Assembly: GCA_044223005.1 (NCBI GenBank)
Contig: JBGAML010000014.1
Span: 1 to 64,000, forward strand
Origin: Candidatus Eiseniibacteriota bacterium
GTDB lineage: Bacteria > Eisenbacteria > RBG-16-71-46
Direction of reading: 5' to 3'
Length of the DNA: 64,000 bases
Every line of letters starts with the position of its first letter. Position 1 is the stretch's first letter. Shown here in pieces: positions 29,201 to 37,943 of this stretch. The position numbers were made by a program, and so were the translations under genes. Below the pieces are notes generated by a model. It did not search any database. It saw only the letters and a list, made by a program, of their open reading frames with translations, and was not told where the DNA came from.

Positions 29201-29767
29201 GGCTGGCGGGTCGGCAACGACAGCCAGGCGCTCGGCTTCACCGAAACGCCGGACTCGCTCACGACGCTCTACCGCCAGCGCTTCCGCTGGAGCTTCGGGA
29301 CGCTGCAGTGCCTGTGGAAGCACCGCGACGCGGTGGGCCGCTACGGCTGGTTCGGGCGCCTCGCACTGCCGACGCTCTGGCTGTTCCAGATCGCGTTCCA
29401 GATCCTCTCGCCCATCATCGACCTGGAAATCCTGTGGACGCTCGTCCGCGTGGCGTCGGGCTACTTCACGCGCGCGCTGCTGACGCAGGACTGGCAGCCG
29501 CTGCCGCAGGCCGTCGACGCGCTCTCGACGGTGGCGTTCCTCTACCTCTTCTTCTTCCTGCTCGAGCTGATGGGCGCCACGGTGGCGATCGTGATCGACC
29601 GCGAGAAGCGCCGGCTGCTGTGGTGGCTCTTCTGGCAGCGCTTCGTCTACCGCCAGGTCATGTACGCCGTCGTCTGGCGCTCGCTGCGTACCGCGCTGGT
29701 CGGCCACCACGCCGGCTGGGGCAAGCTCGAGCGCAAGAACACCGCGACGATCGAGTCGGCGGCCTGA
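26285..29767 (+). CDS. GH18 + polysaccharide deacetylase (CE4) + GT2 fusion (PgaC/IcaA-like synthase)
   Basis: GH18: GVNVDLE, MAYD. CE4: TFDDGP, HTYTH, FRPPY, LLHDG. GT2: DDGS, DAD, AED, QRFRW. Confidence 0.9.
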   Translation: MSHPARAIFHDPTGRRRRWTLRVAVAIGALFLAVAIVFLVSLVAVPVLPRTVGLSTPMRRALRPHLPEPVKPETRLTRFLLGQERRRLLAAVARDRREAAARARHAQQVQANAPAIVAAFYATWQETGLHSLRANAEHITHLMPLWLRIGADAKSLDTRDWNPEWTPHNHDVVKIANEHHVRIMPVLSNAHEGRFDTALAHELLTHPAKQRVLAGEVANWLASHRFVGVNVDLENLTEADARLVPGFLQRLSTVLHARGLEVSFDLEVEGNIPDAAAVAKAVDFVVVMAYDQHYVAGEAGPLCGVDWFREVLERTRRAIPPGKYVLGLGNYAYDWVAGRPPGDVLTYQEALYLAADNHPEEKPANVVDFDSLAFNPTFHYEDEQGRDHEVWMLDAVTSANERLLAQERGVRNMALWVLGTEDPSIWSFLDPQHPDAPADPRALARTSFPYDVEFQGDGELLTVAALPQPGLRDLDRDPATGLFTDESYERYPTTYILQRRGFRPKTLALTFDDGPSTPYTARMLDEMRALKVPGTFFVIGENAERHPDLIQRMWAEGHEIGNHTYTHPNIAAVSKQRATFELNATQRVLQANIGRSTLMFRPPYNADAEPTSAEEVLPILEAAKLGYFTVGEYLDPQDWRLRDPGGALRTPQEIADRVIDLVHLGHGNAILLHDGGGDRSATLAALKIFVPALRAEGYRFTTISGLVGEPRAAVMPPVSPSDRALLGGDRVAFQALFVTETFLRWAFLAGIALGAARVLWMTVLALLAWRRERRQRFPDVPPPTISVLIAAYNEQPVIARTIEAVLGNTVAPLEVIVVDDGSQDGTADEVEQRFAHEPRVQLMRQVNAGKAAALNRAIEASRGEVLICLDADTLFTRDTIGYLVRHFGDATVGAVAGNVKVGNRVNVWTRWQALEYITSQNLDRRAYGLLNAITVVPGAVGAWRRAAVLQAGGFRSDTLAEDMDLTWRIRRAGWRVGNDSQALGFTETPDSLTTLYRQRFRWSFGTLQCLWKHRDAVGRYGWFGRLALPTLWLFQIAFQILSPIIDLEILWTLVRVASGYFTRALLTQDWQPLPQAVDALSTVAFLYLFFFLLELMGATVAIVIDREKRRLLWWLFWQRFVYRQVMYAVVWRSLRTALVGHHAGWGKLERKNTATIESAA

Positions 29768-29828
29768 CGCTCGACGCCCGCCGGTGCGGGAACACCGGCG
29801 GGCGTCGAGCGCTCGCGGGTACGGGCGG

Positions 29829-30404
29829 CTACTTCTCCATCAGCAGCGCGACGCGCGCTTCGGCACTCTTCGCCCGCGCGATCAGCCGGACGTGGTCCAC
29901 CTTGCGGCCGTCGGCGAAGTCGAGCAGCGAGTAGAGACCGGCATCCCGCGTGCCGTTCGCGAAGTCCACGACGCGGCACTCGCCGTTCTCGAACACGACC
30001 TCGGCGAAGTCGAATTGCACGCGCCCGCCCACGACCTCGAGGAAGAGCTTCTCCCCGCGCTGGTCGGAATCGAACACGGTCTCGCTCCAGTCGTCGTCCT
30101 TCGACAGCGTCTCCGCGTCCTGCCACACGATGCGATCGGCCACGGGGCGCGTGACCACGACGGGGTGCCAGAGGACGACCGGCAGGAACACGGCCGGCGC
30201 CACGCGCACGACCACGGCGGGCCGGCGCACCACGACGGCGGGCATCGCGCGGCGGATCGGGTGGCCGGGACGCACCACGACGACGGTGCGGCGCGGGCCG
30301 GGACCGCGGCGGACGACGCGCACGCGGGCGGCATCGGCCGCGGGGGGCACCGCGACCGCGAGCGACGTGAAGACGAGAACCAGCAGCAGGACGATGCGCT
30401 TCAT
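29829..30404 (-). CDS. Secreted hypothetical protein (Arg/Val/Pro-rich segment plus DUF2541-like beta domain)
   Basis: GGAGG RBS, signal peptide MKRIVLLLVLVFTSLAVA, then FDFAEVVFENGE...RKVDHVRL. Confidence 0.7.
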   Translation of the reverse strand: MKRIVLLLVLVFTSLAVAVPPAADAARVRVVRRGPGPRRTVVVVRPGHPIRRAMPAVVVRRPAVVVRVAPAVFLPVVLWHPVVVTRPVADRIVWQDAETLSKDDDWSETVFDSDQRGEKLFLEVVGGRVQFDFAEVVFENGECRVVDFANGTRDAGLYSLLDFADGRKVDHVRLIARAKSAEARVALLMEK

Positions 30405-30580
30405 GGCTTCCTCCGTGGGGAGCGGACGGCTCGTGACACCGGGACACCGGAGTCCCTGAGCACGCCGCGTGCCGGAAAACCCGCGCGTCCGTGCGCGCGC
30501 GGCCGCACGATATCGCGACGAACCTGCCCGCGGGAGGACAATTCGCGAGCGCGGCCGTACCGCACGGTGCACCGGCAACG

Positions 30581-30611
30581 CGAAGGGCACCGCGAATCGC
30601 GGGGCCCTTCG
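30581..30611 (-). terminator. Probable terminator of the pot operon
   Basis: CGAAGGGC-A-CCGCG-AAT-CGCGG-G-GCCCTTCG hairpin, 23 nt past the stop at 30635. Confidence 0.5.
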
Positions 30612-30634
30612 AGCTTGCGAGGCGACGACGCCCG

Positions 30635-31924
30635 CTACTTGCCGAGCTTGCCGCCGAACTTGTACGTCAGGCTGGCGAAGAACTGCCCGCCCGTCGCGCT
30701 GCCGCCCGACTCGGCCTTCGCGGCATCGTAGGGCGCGGCGACGCCGCCCATGATCCACGCGTTCAGGTGCTCGCCGATCGACTGGTCGATCACGAGATCG
30801 AACTCGCTCGCGTAGTGCTTGTTGACCGCGATGATCTCCTGGTTGCGCGTGAAGTCGTGCGCCAGCAGCCGCAGCGTCGTGCCTTCGCGTGGGGTGACCG
30901 CGAGTCGCGCGATGAGCACCTGCAGGTTGCTCGACGTCGTCACGGTCGAGGCGAGGAAGTCGCCGACGTAGTACTGCGACCAGTCGTTCCAGCGGAACTG
31001 CCACGGGAAGTACGCCTTGTCCTTGCCGGGATCGGTGCCCGGGCCGCTCAGGTAGTAGTACTCGGCCGTCGCGACCGGCGACCACTTGGCCTTCACGGGC
31101 ACGTCGAAGCGGATATGCCCGCCGTTGCCGGAGAGGTCGGTCCCGCCGATGGTGCCGCCTTCGAGCACGTATTCGCCGGAGAGCTGCACCGGGCCGTCCG
31201 GCCACGTCACGCGCAGCGAGTACGCGATCGGGTTCAGGTCGGTGTCCTCGGTGTCGTTCGCCTTCACCACGGCCACGCTCACGTCGCGGCCGTCGGCCTT
31301 GCCCCAGCCGAACTCGCCACCGAAGATCTGGCCCTTGGGGTACGCGCCGTCGGAGCCGATCGAGTGCGACAGGTTCACGCCGAAAGCCAGCGCGTGCACG
31401 TCCTTCTGCCGGTAGGTGACGAGCAGGCCGTCGTAGAAGTTGAGCGGGATGTTCCACAGCGCGGCGCGACGGTCCACGTAGCCGTCACCGACCAGGAAGC
31501 CGGTGCCGAGCACGATGTCCTGGCGGCCGAGCGAGAACCCGAAGCCGCTCTTGCCGACGTCGTCCATGCGCACCACGAGCTGGTCCAGGCGGCCGTCGCC
31601 CACGTCGGTGGTGCCGTAGTAGTCCTTGCCCACCGTGCGCATGCCGACGCCGCCGACGGTGAACGTGAGCCCGTTCGCGAAGCCCTGGTTGAGCCGCACG
31701 CGCGAGAAGCCCTCGCCCCAGCCGTTGCGGCGCTCGCCGGTGCCGAAGTACGGGTGGTCCACCTGGTGGAACGACGCCGTCGCCTCGACGGTGTACGAGG
31801 TCCCGACCGCGGAGGCCTCGTCACCGCCCTCGCTCGCGGCCTCCTCGGCGCGTACCGGAGCCGCCATCACCACCGCCAGCACGAGCGCCACGGCACCCGC
31901 ACGCATTCGCCAATCCGTTCGCAT
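30635..31924 (-). CDS. Outer-membrane beta-barrel (alginate-export family-like)
   Basis: Signal peptide, GRQDIVLGTGFLVGDG..FYDG motif, alternating strands, ends LTYKF(GGKLGK); GGAGG RBS after the potD stop. Confidence 0.7.
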   Translation of the reverse strand: MRTDWRMRAGAVALVLAVVMAAPVRAEEAASEGGDEASAVGTSYTVEATASFHQVDHPYFGTGERRNGWGEGFSRVRLNQGFANGLTFTVGGVGMRTVGKDYYGTTDVGDGRLDQLVVRMDDVGKSGFGFSLGRQDIVLGTGFLVGDGYVDRRAALWNIPLNFYDGLLVTYRQKDVHALAFGVNLSHSIGSDGAYPKGQIFGGEFGWGKADGRDVSVAVVKANDTEDTDLNPIAYSLRVTWPDGPVQLSGEYVLEGGTIGGTDLSGNGGHIRFDVPVKAKWSPVATAEYYYLSGPGTDPGKDKAYFPWQFRWNDWSQYYVGDFLASTVTTSSNLQVLIARLAVTPREGTTLRLLAHDFTRNQEIIAVNKHYASEFDLVIDQSIGEHLNAWIMGGVAAPYDAAKAESGGSATGGQFFASLTYKFGGKLGK

Positions 31925-31935
31925 ATTCGCCTCCA

Positions 31936-32976
31936 TTACGGGGCCGCCTTGATCTGGTCCCAAACCTTCGTGTACTTCACGTTGTCCGCGCCGAGGTCGC
32001 GGATCACTTCACACTTCGCCCGCACTTCCGGGGCCAGCCGAACCGCGGGATTCTCCATGAACGTCTGCGGCAGGTGCGCATACGCCGCCGAGTTGGGGCA
32101 CAGGTAGCTGATGAACTCGCTGTTCTCGGCCGCGACGGCCGGGTCGTGGAGAAAGTTGATCCACGCGTAGGCCAGCTCCGGCGTCTTGGAATCCTTGAGG
32201 ATCACGAGGTCGTCGCAGGCGATCGACAGGCCTTCCGTGGGCGCGAGGAACGTCACGTCCGGATTCTCGGACTGCGCCTGCACGATGTCACCGCTGTAGC
32301 CGTGGCTCACGAGGAACTCGCCGGATGCGATGCCACTCTTGTACTGCTCGTTCTCGAACTTGGCGAGGTTCTTCTTCCAGCGGATCACCACGTCGCGCGC
32401 CTGGGCGAGCTGCGCCTCGTCGGTCGTGTTGAGGCTGTAGCCGAGGAACTTGAGCGCCGCGCCGATCGTCTCGCGCATGTCGTTGAGCATCGTCATGCGA
32501 CCTTTGAGGTCCACGCGATCGAACATGGCCCACGTCGGCTGCGCGTCCTTCACCTTGGACTTGAGGTACGCGATCCCCGTGTTGGTGAGCATGTAGGGCA
32601 CGCTGTGCTTCATGGCCGGATCGATCGCGATGTGGAGGTATTCCGTGTCCACGTTGGCGATGTTGGGCAGCTTCGCGTGATCCAGGTCCATGAGCATGCC
32701 CTGGTCGGCCATGATGGCGACCTGGTAGCTGGACGGCGTGATCACGTCGTACCCCGACGCGCCCGCCTTGAGCTTGGCGTACATCGACTCGTTGGAGTCG
32801 AACGTGTCGATCACGACCTTGCAGCCGTGCTCCTTCTCGAACCGCTGCACGAGCTCCGGCTTGACGTAGTCGGCCCACGTGTAGACGTGCAGCGTCTTCG
32901 GCGCCGGTGCGCCGCAGCCGGTGACCACCGCGAGCGCGGCCAGCCACGCCAGCGCACGGAAGCGAGCGAGCCTCAT
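31936..32976 (-). CDS. potD: Spermidine/putrescine ABC substrate-binding lipoprotein
   Basis: Lipobox VTGC; YTWADY, FDSNESMYAKL, YDVITPSSY, DMRE, YSGD. Confidence 0.9.
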   Translation of the reverse strand: MRLARFRALAWLAALAVVTGCGAPAPKTLHVYTWADYVKPELVQRFEKEHGCKVVIDTFDSNESMYAKLKAGASGYDVITPSSYQVAIMADQGMLMDLDHAKLPNIANVDTEYLHIAIDPAMKHSVPYMLTNTGIAYLKSKVKDAQPTWAMFDRVDLKGRMTMLNDMRETIGAALKFLGYSLNTTDEAQLAQARDVVIRWKKNLAKFENEQYKSGIASGEFLVSHGYSGDIVQAQSENPDVTFLAPTEGLSIACDDLVILKDSKTPELAYAWINFLHDPAVAAENSEFISYLCPNSAAYAHLPQTFMENPAVRLAPEVRAKCEVIRDLGADNVKYTKVWDQIKAAP

Positions 32977-33743
32977 GTGCCCTCCTTGAGCAGCCGCTGG
33001 CTCAGCCAGACGGCGGTGGTGGTCGCCGCGAGCAGCAACGTGGACAGCGCGTTGATGAGCGGCGGCGAACCGTGCTTGATCATGCTGTAGATCCGCAGCG
33101 GCAGAGTCGTCGTGCCCGGACCCGCCACGAAGAACGTGATCACGAAGTCGTCCACCGACAGCGTGAACGCGAGCAGCGCCCCGGCGGCGATGCCGGGCGC
33201 CAGCAGCGGCAGCACCACTCGGCGGGCCGCCGTCCAGGTGTCGGCGCCGAGATCGCGAGCGGCCTCGACGAGCGACCAGTCGAAGTCCTGCAGCCTCCCC
33301 AGCACCACCATGGCCACGTAGCTCACGCAGAACGTCACGTGCGCGATCACGATCGTGGCGTATCCGAGCTCGACCTTGAGCGCGACGAAGAAGAGCAGCA
33401 GGCTGATCCCCATCAGGATCTCGGGGATCACGAGCGGCGAATAGACCAGCAGGTAGTGCGCGGCCTGCAGCCGGCTCTTGTACCGATCCAGCGCGAACGC
33501 CGCCGTGGTGCCCAGCACCGTGGCGCCGATCGTCGACACGGTGGCGATCGCGAGCGTGTTGCCCAGCGCGTGCCAGATCTCGGGCGCGGCCGCGAGCCGG
33601 CGGTACCAGTCGAGCGTGAAGCCCTTCCACTCGCCGCCGAAGCGCGCGGCGTTGAACGAGTTCAGCACCAGCACGCCGACCGGCAGGTAGAAGAACGCCA
33701 GCACGAGCAGCGTGATCACGAGCGGAGTGCGGCTGCGCTTCAT
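32973..33743 (-). CDS. potC: Polyamine ABC permease
   Basis: FYLP..SFN, GFTLDWY, EAARDLGA, FTLSVDDFVITFF. Confidence 0.9.
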   Translation of the reverse strand: MKRSRTPLVITLLVLAFFYLPVGVLVLNSFNAARFGGEWKGFTLDWYRRLAAAPEIWHALGNTLAIATVSTIGATVLGTTAAFALDRYKSRLQAAHYLLVYSPLVIPEILMGISLLLFFVALKVELGYATIVIAHVTFCVSYVAMVVLGRLQDFDWSLVEAARDLGADTWTAARRVVLPLLAPGIAAGALLAFTLSVDDFVITFFVAGPGTTTLPLRIYSMIKHGSPPLINALSTLLLAATTTAVWLSQRLLKEGT

Positions 33744-34618
33744 TCGCCCTCCCCCGGCACGGCGGCACGGCGGCCGCGGCTCAAGGCGATCGCCGCCATC
33801 GACGGCACCACGACCGCGAGCGCGAGCAGCGCGGACAGCGCGCTCGCGTGCGGCAGGTTGCGGTCCACGAACGTGCGCTGCGCGATCTTGTTGCCGAGCA
33901 TCTCGCTCGTCGGGCCACCGACGAGGTCCGGCACGACGTACGAGCCCAGGGCCGGGATGAGCGTCACGAGCGTCGCCGTCATGAGCCCGCGCCGGATGCC
34001 CGGCAGGAACACCAGCCAGAACGCCTCGAACGGCCGCGCCCCGAGGTCGCGGGCCGCCTCGAGCAGGCGGAAGTCGAACTTCTCGGCCGCCGCGTAGATG
34101 GGCAGGATCGCAAACGGCAGCTCGGTGTAGACGAGCACGAGCAGCACCGAGCCCGTGTTGTAGAGCAGCGAGGCGTCGGGCGCGACCAGGTGCAGCGCGA
34201 CCAGCAGGTGCTTGATCGGGCCCTCGGGATGGAGCACGACCTTCCAAGCGAAGATGCGCACGAGGAAGCTGGTCCAGAACGGCACCACGACCGCGAGCAG
34301 CAGCACGTGCCGCCACTCCCGCGGGGCGCGCGCCATGAAGTACGCGACCGGGGTCGCGAGCAGCAGGCAGGCCGCCGTGGTCGCGACCGAGAGCCAGATC
34401 GTGCGCCAGAGGATGGATGGGTAGTTCGGGTCGCCCAGGCTCTTCAAGGTCTGCAGCGTCCAGCCGGAGCCGATGCCACCGAAGGGGTCCGACGGCTTGA
34501 ACGCGATCGCGAACACGATCGCCGCCGGAATCAGGAAGAGCGCGGTGAGCCAGAGGAACGACGGCAGCGTGATCCACGTCTCGTGCCGGCGCTCCAGCAG
34601 GCCGCGCGCCTCAGCCAC
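33740..34618 (-). CDS. potB: Polyamine ABC permease
   Basis: PFWTSFLVRIFAW, LPFAILPIY, EAARDLGA, PALGSYVVPDLVGG. Confidence 0.9.
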   Translation of the reverse strand: MAEARGLLERRHETWITLPSFLWLTALFLIPAAIVFAIAFKPSDPFGGIGSGWTLQTLKSLGDPNYPSILWRTIWLSVATTAACLLLATPVAYFMARAPREWRHVLLLAVVVPFWTSFLVRIFAWKVVLHPEGPIKHLLVALHLVAPDASLLYNTGSVLLVLVYTELPFAILPIYAAAEKFDFRLLEAARDLGARPFEAFWLVFLPGIRRGLMTATLVTLIPALGSYVVPDLVGGPTSEMLGNKIAQRTFVDRNLPHASALSALLALAVVVPSMAAIALSRGRRAAVPGEGE

Positions 34619-35786
34619 GCCCCGGCTCCGATCCGTCCGGCTCGCCGACCCGCTCGGGCGGGATCGACATGAGGCTCTCGTCGCGCTCCAGGTAGCGCTC
34701 GAGCATGAAGCCGTCGTCGACGTGCCAATCCAGCCAAACCTCGTCCTTCCAGCGGATCGGCTCCTCGTCGAGCACGAAGCGGTTGTGCTGCTGCTCCACC
34801 GCCAGCCGGTACTCGCCCGAGCGCAGCCAGAAGCGCGTGTGCGTGCCCAGGTAGATGACGTCCTCGACCACCGCGCGGGCATTGTTGTGGTCGCGCGCCT
34901 CGGCCGGGCGCTCGCGCGAGATGCGGATCTTCTCGGGCCGCACGCTGAGCGTGACGTGATCGCCCGCCGCGAGCCCCTTGTCGTTGAACGCGAGCAGGTC
35001 CGTGAACCCGTCGATCTTGAGCCGCACGTGTTCGACGTCGACCACCTCGGCCACCGTGCCGTCGAAGAAGTTGGAGTCGCCGATGAAAGCCGCCACGAAG
35101 CTCGTGCGCGGCGCCTCGTAGATCTCGGCCGGCGTGCCCAGCTGCTCGATGTGCCCCGCGTCCATGACCGCCACGCGGTCCGCGAGGCTCATGGCCTCGC
35201 CCTGGTCGTGCGTGACGAAGATGAACGTGATCCCGACCTGGTCGTGCACCATGTCGAGTTCGATCAGCATGCGCTGGCGGAGCTTCAGGTCCAGCGCCGC
35301 CAGCGGCTCGTCGAGCAGCAGCACCGCCGGCTTGTTGATGAGCGCGCGCGCGATCGCCACGCGCTGCTTCTGCCCGCCGGAGATCTGGTCGGTGCGCTTG
35401 TCGGCGTGGTCGCGCATCTGGATCAGCGCGAGCATCTTCTCGACCTCGTCGTCGATCTCGCGCTTCGGGCGCCGGGCGACGGAGAGGCCGAACGCGATGT
35501 TCTGCCGCACGGTCATGTGGGGGAACAGCGCGTAGTTCTGGAAGATGGTGTTCACGCGGCGCTTCTCGGGCGGCAGGTCGGTGATGTCGACGCCGTCCAG
35601 CCAGACGCGCCCGGTGTCCGGGCGCTCGAACCCCGCGAGCATGCGCAGCAGGGTCGTCTTGCCGCAGCCGCTCGGCCCCAGGAGCGAGAAGAACTCGCCG
35701 CGGGCGATGTCCAGCGTGACGTTGTCCACGGCGCGAATCGCGCCGTACCGGCGCGAGACGCCTTCGAAGCGGATGAAGCCGGACAC
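34611..35786 (-). CDS. potA: Polyamine ABC ATPase
   Basis: GPSGCGKTT, FQNYALFPHM, SGGQKQR, LLLDEPLAALD, TOBE-like C-terminus. Confidence 0.92.
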   Translation of the reverse strand: MSGFIRFEGVSRRYGAIRAVDNVTLDIARGEFFSLLGPSGCGKTTLLRMLAGFERPDTGRVWLDGVDITDLPPEKRRVNTIFQNYALFPHMTVRQNIAFGLSVARRPKREIDDEVEKMLALIQMRDHADKRTDQISGGQKQRVAIARALINKPAVLLLDEPLAALDLKLRQRMLIELDMVHDQVGITFIFVTHDQGEAMSLADRVAVMDAGHIEQLGTPAEIYEAPRTSFVAAFIGDSNFFDGTVAEVVDVEHVRLKIDGFTDLLAFNDKGLAAGDHVTLSVRPEKIRISRERPAEARDHNNARAVVEDVIYLGTHTRFWLRSGEYRLAVEQQHNRFVLDEEPIRWKDEVWLDWHVDDGFMLERYLERDESLMSIPPERVGEPDGSEPGRG

Positions 35787-35918
35787 GGCGCGGCGGCGCT
35801 CCTTCGCGGACGGACGTGGGAATCCTGCAGGCCGATCGCGGAATGTAGGGGCCGCGCCCCCTCCACACAAGCGGTACCGAGGTGGCGGTGGTCGCGCCGG
35901 GGTGCCGCGCCCCCGGCC

Positions 35919-36362
35919 TCAGCGACCGAAGAGCATGTTCGCGCCGCGGCCGATCTCGACGCGGATCGAATCCTCCGGCGGGAGCTTTCGCGGGTCGCGA
36001 CGCAGCGCGAGGCGCAACGTGTCGGTGCGTCCCGCCGCGAGCATCACCGCGCCCTCGCGGCCGACGTAGCCGCGCAGGTAGAGCCGCAGGCGCACCTTGC
36101 CGGTGGCGAGGCAGCGCAGCTCGGCGACGCCGCGCGGATTCGCCATTGCGCCGACGCGCCGGTCGAGATCGAGCACGTTGACGAGCGGAATCGGCCGCCG
36201 CGTCCGCGCGTCGCGGACGATCACGACGAGGCTGCCGAGATCGCGGCAGGGGCTGGTGGCGCCCGGTGCGCGCGGCGGCGGTGCCTGGGCCTGCGCACGC
36301 GCCGCGAGGACGGCGAGCGCTGTGGCCACGAACAGCGCGACCGGCCAGGGCTTCGCTCGCAT
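35919..36362 (-). CDS. Small secreted protein with one carboxypeptidase-regulatory-like domain
   Basis: Signal peptide; VRDARTRRPIPLVNV..GAMANPRG..LATGKVRL..GY pattern. Confidence 0.55.
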   Translation of the reverse strand: MRAKPWPVALFVATALAVLAARAQAQAPPPRAPGATSPCRDLGSLVVIVRDARTRRPIPLVNVLDLDRRVGAMANPRGVAELRCLATGKVRLRLYLRGYVGREGAVMLAAGRTDTLRLALRRDPRKLPPEDSIRVEIGRGANMLFGR

Positions 36363-36559
36363 GTCGCTGAGGAAGTCCGAGCGCCTCCCACCGGGTCGTG
36401 CACGTCCGGATCGCATCCCGCGAAGCTAGCGCCCCTGTCCTCCTGGCTCCAGTTCGGCCGGGTCGTCTGCGAGAACCGAATCGACGGCGCCCCGCGACGC
36501 GGCGGGCTGTGGCGGCCGTGCGCGATCCTCGCTATGCTCGCCGGCCGCAACCCCGAGGT

Positions 36560-36648
36560 GCCGGAGTGGCGAAACTGGCAGACGCGCGGGACTCAAAATC
36601 CCGTTCGGCCAAAACCGAGTGTGGGTTCGATTCCCACCTCCGGCACCA
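36560..36648 (+). tRNA. tRNA-Leu(CAA)
   Basis: GCCGGAGTGGCGAAACTGGCAGACGCGCGGGACTCAAAATCCCG, long variable arm, GTGGGTTCGATTCCCACCTCCGGCACCA. Confidence 0.97.
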
Positions 36649-36725
36649 CCCGATCCCGCTGCGCGCCGCCGTGTGAATGCCGGCCGCCGCGCCCGTGGGG
36701 GCACGCGACGGCCGACTCTGTTCGC

Positions 36726-37805
36726 TCAGCCCTTCGTCGCCCGCGTCCAGCTGCTGAGCGTCAGCTCGCGCCCAGGATCGTCCGCGAAGCTCGCCGGCCG
36801 TGGCGCGCCCGGACGGGCCACGAGGAACCGGACGGTGTCCCCCACCCACTCGATCAGGCCGAGGCTCACCTCGCCCCGGCCCGCACCGGAGAGGTGCAGG
36901 TAGTCCACCTCGAGCGGATGCGTGCCCTCGTGCACGCGCATGCGCGCGTGGAGCATCACCTGGCCTCCGAATACGACTTGCGTGTCGCGCTCGGTCACGG
37001 TCCGGTGCCCGGCCGCGAGCCACTCCCGGGGCATGGGCTTGCCCTCGCGGACGAGCTCGGTCGGGCTCCAGCGGCCCTGGAGACGGACGAGCGTCGGGGT
37101 CAGCGGGCCGTCGAAGCTCGTGGTGTCGACCTCGGCGGCGGCGGGCGGCTTCGCGCCCGTGGCGGACCGCTTCCCGCCGGTGACGCGCGCCGGCCGCGCG
37201 CGCGAGGCGCGCCGCAGGTGCTCCAGCGCGTGCCGGCTCCCGGAGCTCGTCGCGAATGCGGAGGGCCGGCTGGCGCCGGTGAGGCCGAGGCAGAAGACGA
37301 GTGCGTCGCCGCGCAGCTCGAAGATCCCGTACGACCAGTTCCCCGCTTCGGGGCCCTCCACGAACTCGATGCTGATCTGCGCGGGCTCGGCTTCCACGTC
37401 GATGCCGAACTCGCCGTCGTAGACGGCATCGGCGGATTCCATGCGGAACCGGTCCCCGTCGATCAGCAGGCGCGAGCCGGCATACGTGGCGGCCGGCATC
37501 GCGCTGCCCTCGATCTCGAGCGACAGGAACTCCCATTCGCCCTCGAGCGCGCGCAGCAGTTCCACGTGCCGCGCCAGCGCGGGCCAGCTGGCGAAGCCCG
37601 TCTCGCGGGCGATCACCGACTGCGCGTCGGCGAGCCGGTAGTTCGCGGCGAGCACCTGCGCGGGCGATTGCTTCGCGGCGGCGGGCAGGTGGGCGATGAA
37701 GCGGCGCACGGCTTCCGGATCACGTTCGCGGAGCCGGGTGAGCAGGTCCTTCGACTGGCGGCGCAGGTGGTCGAGGTTCGGGCGCGACGGCAACGAACTG
37801 GGCAT
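36726..37805 (-). CDS. Protein with N-terminal LPxRPNLxHLRxQxKxLL helical domain and two TIGR03067-like domains
   Basis: GGAGGAG RBS; LADAQSVIARETGFASW; repeats LEGEWEFLSLEIEG..GIFELRGDALVFC..RP..F and LQGRWSPTELVREG..GLIEWVGDTVRF..RP..F. Confidence 0.8.
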   Translation of the reverse strand: MPSSLPSRPNLDHLRRQSKDLLTRLRERDPEAVRRFIAHLPAAAKQSPAQVLAANYRLADAQSVIARETGFASWPALARHVELLRALEGEWEFLSLEIEGSAMPAATYAGSRLLIDGDRFRMESADAVYDGEFGIDVEAEPAQISIEFVEGPEAGNWSYGIFELRGDALVFCLGLTGASRPSAFATSSGSRHALEHLRRASRARPARVTGGKRSATGAKPPAAAEVDTTSFDGPLTPTLVRLQGRWSPTELVREGKPMPREWLAAGHRTVTERDTQVVFGGQVMLHARMRVHEGTHPLEVDYLHLSGAGRGEVSLGLIEWVGDTVRFLVARPGAPRPASFADDPGRELTLSSWTRATKG

Positions 37806-37943
37806 GACTCCTCCATGCGGTGCCGGGGTCCGCAAACCGGCGAAGCACGGAGTGTCGTGCTCGTGCGACCGAATGCTGCTCGAAGGTGAGTTCGACTCTT
37901 CCCGCGGACCCGGGAGCGCCCTTCCCGCTCGCGGACGAGTCTA
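37806..37943 (-). ncRNA. Candidate structured 5' leader (cis-regulatory RNA)
   Basis: -10 TAGACT at 37938-37943. Long-range stem 37826-37833/37904-37911 encloses hairpins at 37844-37861 and 37888-37898. Confidence 0.45.

Noticed and set aside
37885..37911. Plus-strand GGTGAGTTCGACTCTTCC resembling a tRNA T-arm or att remnant
   Set aside because: Imperfect stem, no rest of a cloverleaf, and no match to the tRNA-Leu 3' end. Treated as part of the minus-strand leader.
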